Notes under the pieces: generated by a model | The model's database searches: none | Seen by the model: only the letters and a program-made list of their open reading frames with translations | Told to the model about the DNA's origin: nothing | Translations under genes and position numbers: made by a program | Shown here: one piece after another, positions 61,477-64,000 of the stretch | How the letters are laid out: each line of letters starts with the position of its first letter | How positions within the stretch are numbered: position 1 is the first letter of the stretch | NCBI GenBank assembly: GCA_051530055.1 | Contig: CM121342.1 | Span: 12,291,480-12,355,479 of the forward strand | DNA length: 64,000 nt | Origin: Neoechinorhynchus agilis | Taxonomy: Eukaryota > Animalia > Acanthocephala | Direction: 5' to 3'

Positions 61477-62892
61477 TCAATTTTGGGTCATTTGAATATC
61501 TCCACGTAATTTCAATTTATACTCCTTCGTTTCACCAGAATCTCTTATCTTGTTTTCCTCATATTCTGCGATTTCAACATTATCATCAGCTTCCATAATA
61601 TTATTCTCCAAATACGATTCAACGGCTATGCGCATAGCCGGAATTTCTCTGCATTCCGCTATTTCGTCATCTGGATCTTCAACTATTATGTGGCGCCTCA
61701 AAAAGGATCCAATGTCTCTGAGACCGTTTTTCTTGAGTATGAATAATTCGACTAAGAATTTCCTATTGGGCACATCATAACCCACAATCTTTACTATTAG
61801 TCGTCCTTCAGAAGAGTAGAGATCGTTAAATTTATCGATCTTGATCTTTACCACTTGCTCGTGTCCATCTAAAGGAGTTATTCTGACAACTCGACACCTG
61901 TGGCACATTTTGGGAATGGTACTCAGTATCGGAGCCATACTGAAACATAATTCCATTGGAACGTTTCTTCGTTCTCCAGAGTCGATCTTTTCGACTCCAA
62001 GAGCGTCGTCATCTTTCATTAACTTCATGATCTTAACGCGTTCGAATTTTCGGGTTCCGCATTTAATAAGCGCAAATGAACCCACTGATAGTTCCTTCAT
62101 ATTAAAATGTTCAGCGACAGTGCCATCAATATTGAAAACTTCTTTGTTTGTGTAGAAATAACTTTCCATTTCCAGTTGAGATACGCACAAATTGTCCAGG
62201 CCAGTGAAAGACGTGAATTTTGAGGCCATGCTAATATTTATAAGATATTTGCCGTCATCATCGTCTTTTCTAATTAAATCACAAGTAACATCACCGCAAA
62301 TTTTAGAGTCTGGCACCAGCTCCTGCTCGATACGACCAGTGAAGTCTCCTCTTAAGAGATCAAATTTGCAGGGAAGGGCGAGAATAGGAATCGAATTGAA
62401 GACCTTCTTGACCGGTCTTAAATTAAATAGAGGGAGCCACTCGGAGTGTCCGTAATCGAGAAACATCACCTTATAGCGATTCCCTTTCTCATTTATATTC
62501 GTTATGCGTCCCCTGTACCATTTCTTGTCCGTTTGGGACTTGGCCACACATTTCGAGTTTTGTATGTAAAAGTACTTTGGACAAAAGACTAAACGCTCAT
62601 ACTTTCGATTGAGTCTTTGTTGAATATTTAAGAAATCGTTCCAAATAAGACTCGGGACGACATAGATATTATCCGGTCCAGACATATACGTGATTCGACA
62701 AGGAACCTGGTCTTGCAGAGAAACTTTAAATCGAGGAAAATCATCAAGAGGGACGTAATCTGTCATTTTTGTTAAGCCGAGAGGGAAAGAGAGAAAGTTC
62801 GATTCTGTCATTTTTGTTAAGCCGAGAGGGAAAGAGAGAAAGTTCGATGAGTACAGAAAGTAAATGCAAAAGTCAATGAAGTTGCCTCGCAT
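61477..62892 (-). CDS. Intronless Tudor-domain protein (extended Tudor plus a second degenerate Tudor); likely true start MTDY at 62766
   Basis: GPDNIYV...CVAKSQTDKKWYRGRI...VMFLDYGHSEW...LALPC. A second repeat reads ALIKCG...FERVKI...EKIDSGE...IPKMCHRC. Confidence 0.85.
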   Translation of the reverse strand: MRGNFIDFCIYFLYSSNFLSFPLGLTKMTESNFLSFPLGLTKMTDYVPLDDFPRFKVSLQDQVPCRITYMSGPDNIYVVPSLIWNDFLNIQQRLNRKYERLVFCPKYFYIQNSKCVAKSQTDKKWYRGRITNINEKGNRYKVMFLDYGHSEWLPLFNLRPVKKVFNSIPILALPCKFDLLRGDFTGRIEQELVPDSKICGDVTCDLIRKDDDDGKYLINISMASKFTSFTGLDNLCVSQLEMESYFYTNKEVFNIDGTVAEHFNMKELSVGSFALIKCGTRKFERVKIMKLMKDDDALGVEKIDSGERRNVPMELCFSMAPILSTIPKMCHRCRVVRITPLDGHEQVVKIKIDKFNDLYSSEGRLIVKIVGYDVPNRKFLVELFILKKNGLRDIGSFLRRHIIVEDPDDEIAECREIPAMRIAVESYLENNIMEADDNVEIAEYEENKIRDSGETKEYKLKLRGDIQMTQN

Positions 62893-64000
62893 GTTAGCTC
62901 AGTAGAAAAACGTTAGCCAATCAGATTGCACGCTGGTGTAAAAGCCATATGCTGATCAATAATCACCCGCCGCGTTTCAATTTAATTTTAGAAGTAGGAC
63001 AACGCCCTATTTTATGGGAATGCCGGCGATTTTCAAAAGAAGTGCAAATTGAACATTTTCAAAAATTCTAGAAGGATGCAAAAGTTATAACATCCAAAAA
63101 TATTTTATAGGTTTAATGTTTATAGTTTTTGTTTTCCTGGATCTATCACGAAGATTCACATTCCTTATGCTTAATCTACCTGAAGATTTAGGAGTTGAGG
63201 ACATTCACTTCATCGAAACTTAATTAGGTGTTATAGCCATTAAATATGTACGCCACTAAGAATTGCATAAGTAAAATGTTCAATTTGCACTTCTTTTGAA
63301 AATCGCCGGCATTCCCATAAAATAGGGCGTTGTCCTACTTCTAAAATTAAATTGAAACGCGGCGGGTGATTATTGATCAGCATATGGCTTTTACACCAGC
63401 GTGCAATCTGATTGGCTAACGTTTTTCTACTGAGCTAACATGCGAGGCAACTTCATTGACTTTTGCATTTACTTTCTGTACTCATCGAACTTTCTCTCTT
63501 TCCCTCTCGGCTTAACAAAAATGACAGATTACGTCCGATGATTTTCCTCGATTTAAAGTTTCTCTGCAAGGCCAGGTTCCTTGTCGAATCACGTATATGT
63601 CTGGACCGGATAATATCTATGTCGTCCCGAGTCTTATTTGGAACGATTTCTTAAATATTCAACAAAGACTCAATCGAAAGTATGAGCGTTTAGTCTTTTG
63701 TCCAAAGTACTTTTACATACAAAACTCGAAATGTGTGGCCAAGTCCCAAACGGACAACAAATGGTACAGGGGACGCATAACGAATATAAATGAGAAAGGG
63801 AATCGCTATAAGGTGATGTTTCTCGATTACGGACACTCCGAGTGGCTCCCTCTATTTAATTTAAGACCGGTCAAGAAGGTCTTCAATTCGATTCCTATTC
63901 TCGCCCTTCCCTGCAAATTTGATCTCTTAAGAGGAGACTTCACTGGTCGTATCGAGCAGGAGCTGGTGCCAGACTCTAAAATTTGCGGTGATGTTACTTG
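62282..64000. repeat. Large head-to-head inverted duplication (arms at least 62282-63059 and 63273-64000; spacer 213 bp)
   Basis: The arms are near-perfect reverse complements from AACATTTT (63052-63059)/AAAATGTT (63273-63280) outwards to the window end. Confidence 0.95.
63440..64000 (+). pseudogene. Inverted duplicate of the Tudor gene (partial, runs off window), frameshifted
   Basis: Reverse complement of 62282-62892 with a 5-nt deletion after 63536, no 45-bp duplication, and substitutions at ~63571 and 63758. Confidence 0.85.

Noticed and set aside
1-64000. tRNA, rRNA or CRISPR arrays
   Set aside because: No cloverleaf or T-loop signatures, rRNA-like blocks or regularly spaced repeat-spacer units were seen, and the sequence is eukaryotic.

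Overview
Eukaryotic (animal-like) genomic DNA with very short spliceosomal introns (mostly about 40-50 nt). A gene-rich core holds a divergent transferrin-like gene, GDP-L-fucose synthase, a small secreted/membrane protein and AP-1 gamma adaptin (16.6-27.1 kb). An ABCC/MRP transporter (39.9-45.1 kb) and a Tudor-domain gene (61.5-62.9 kb) lie further along. The rest is mostly decayed retroelements: CRE-clade RT-RLE, L2/CR1, RTE, L1/Tx1-like, an I/Jockey-like LINE, Ty3/Gypsy and Penelope-like. Main observations: (1) a ~2.08-kb tandem array (about 2.6-11.8 kb) carries four decayed copies of a 4-exon mini-Pax gene of ~136 aa, with a paired PAI subdomain joined almost directly to a complete homeodomain and no RED subdomain; it only becomes visible after splicing and is missed by the ORF track; (2) minimal hammerhead-ribozyme motifs, two of them inside long fold-back palindromes that each have a 21-nt spacer; (3) a TIR-bounded 294-nt insert without GT-AG ends that splits an otherwise intact GDP-fucose synthase CDS; (4) a recent head-to-head inverted duplication of the Tudor gene; (5) one 26-nt stem-loop shared by the 3' ends of different repeat bodies. 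All protein assignments are by-eye motif recognition, no searches were run, and TE remnant boundaries are approximate.
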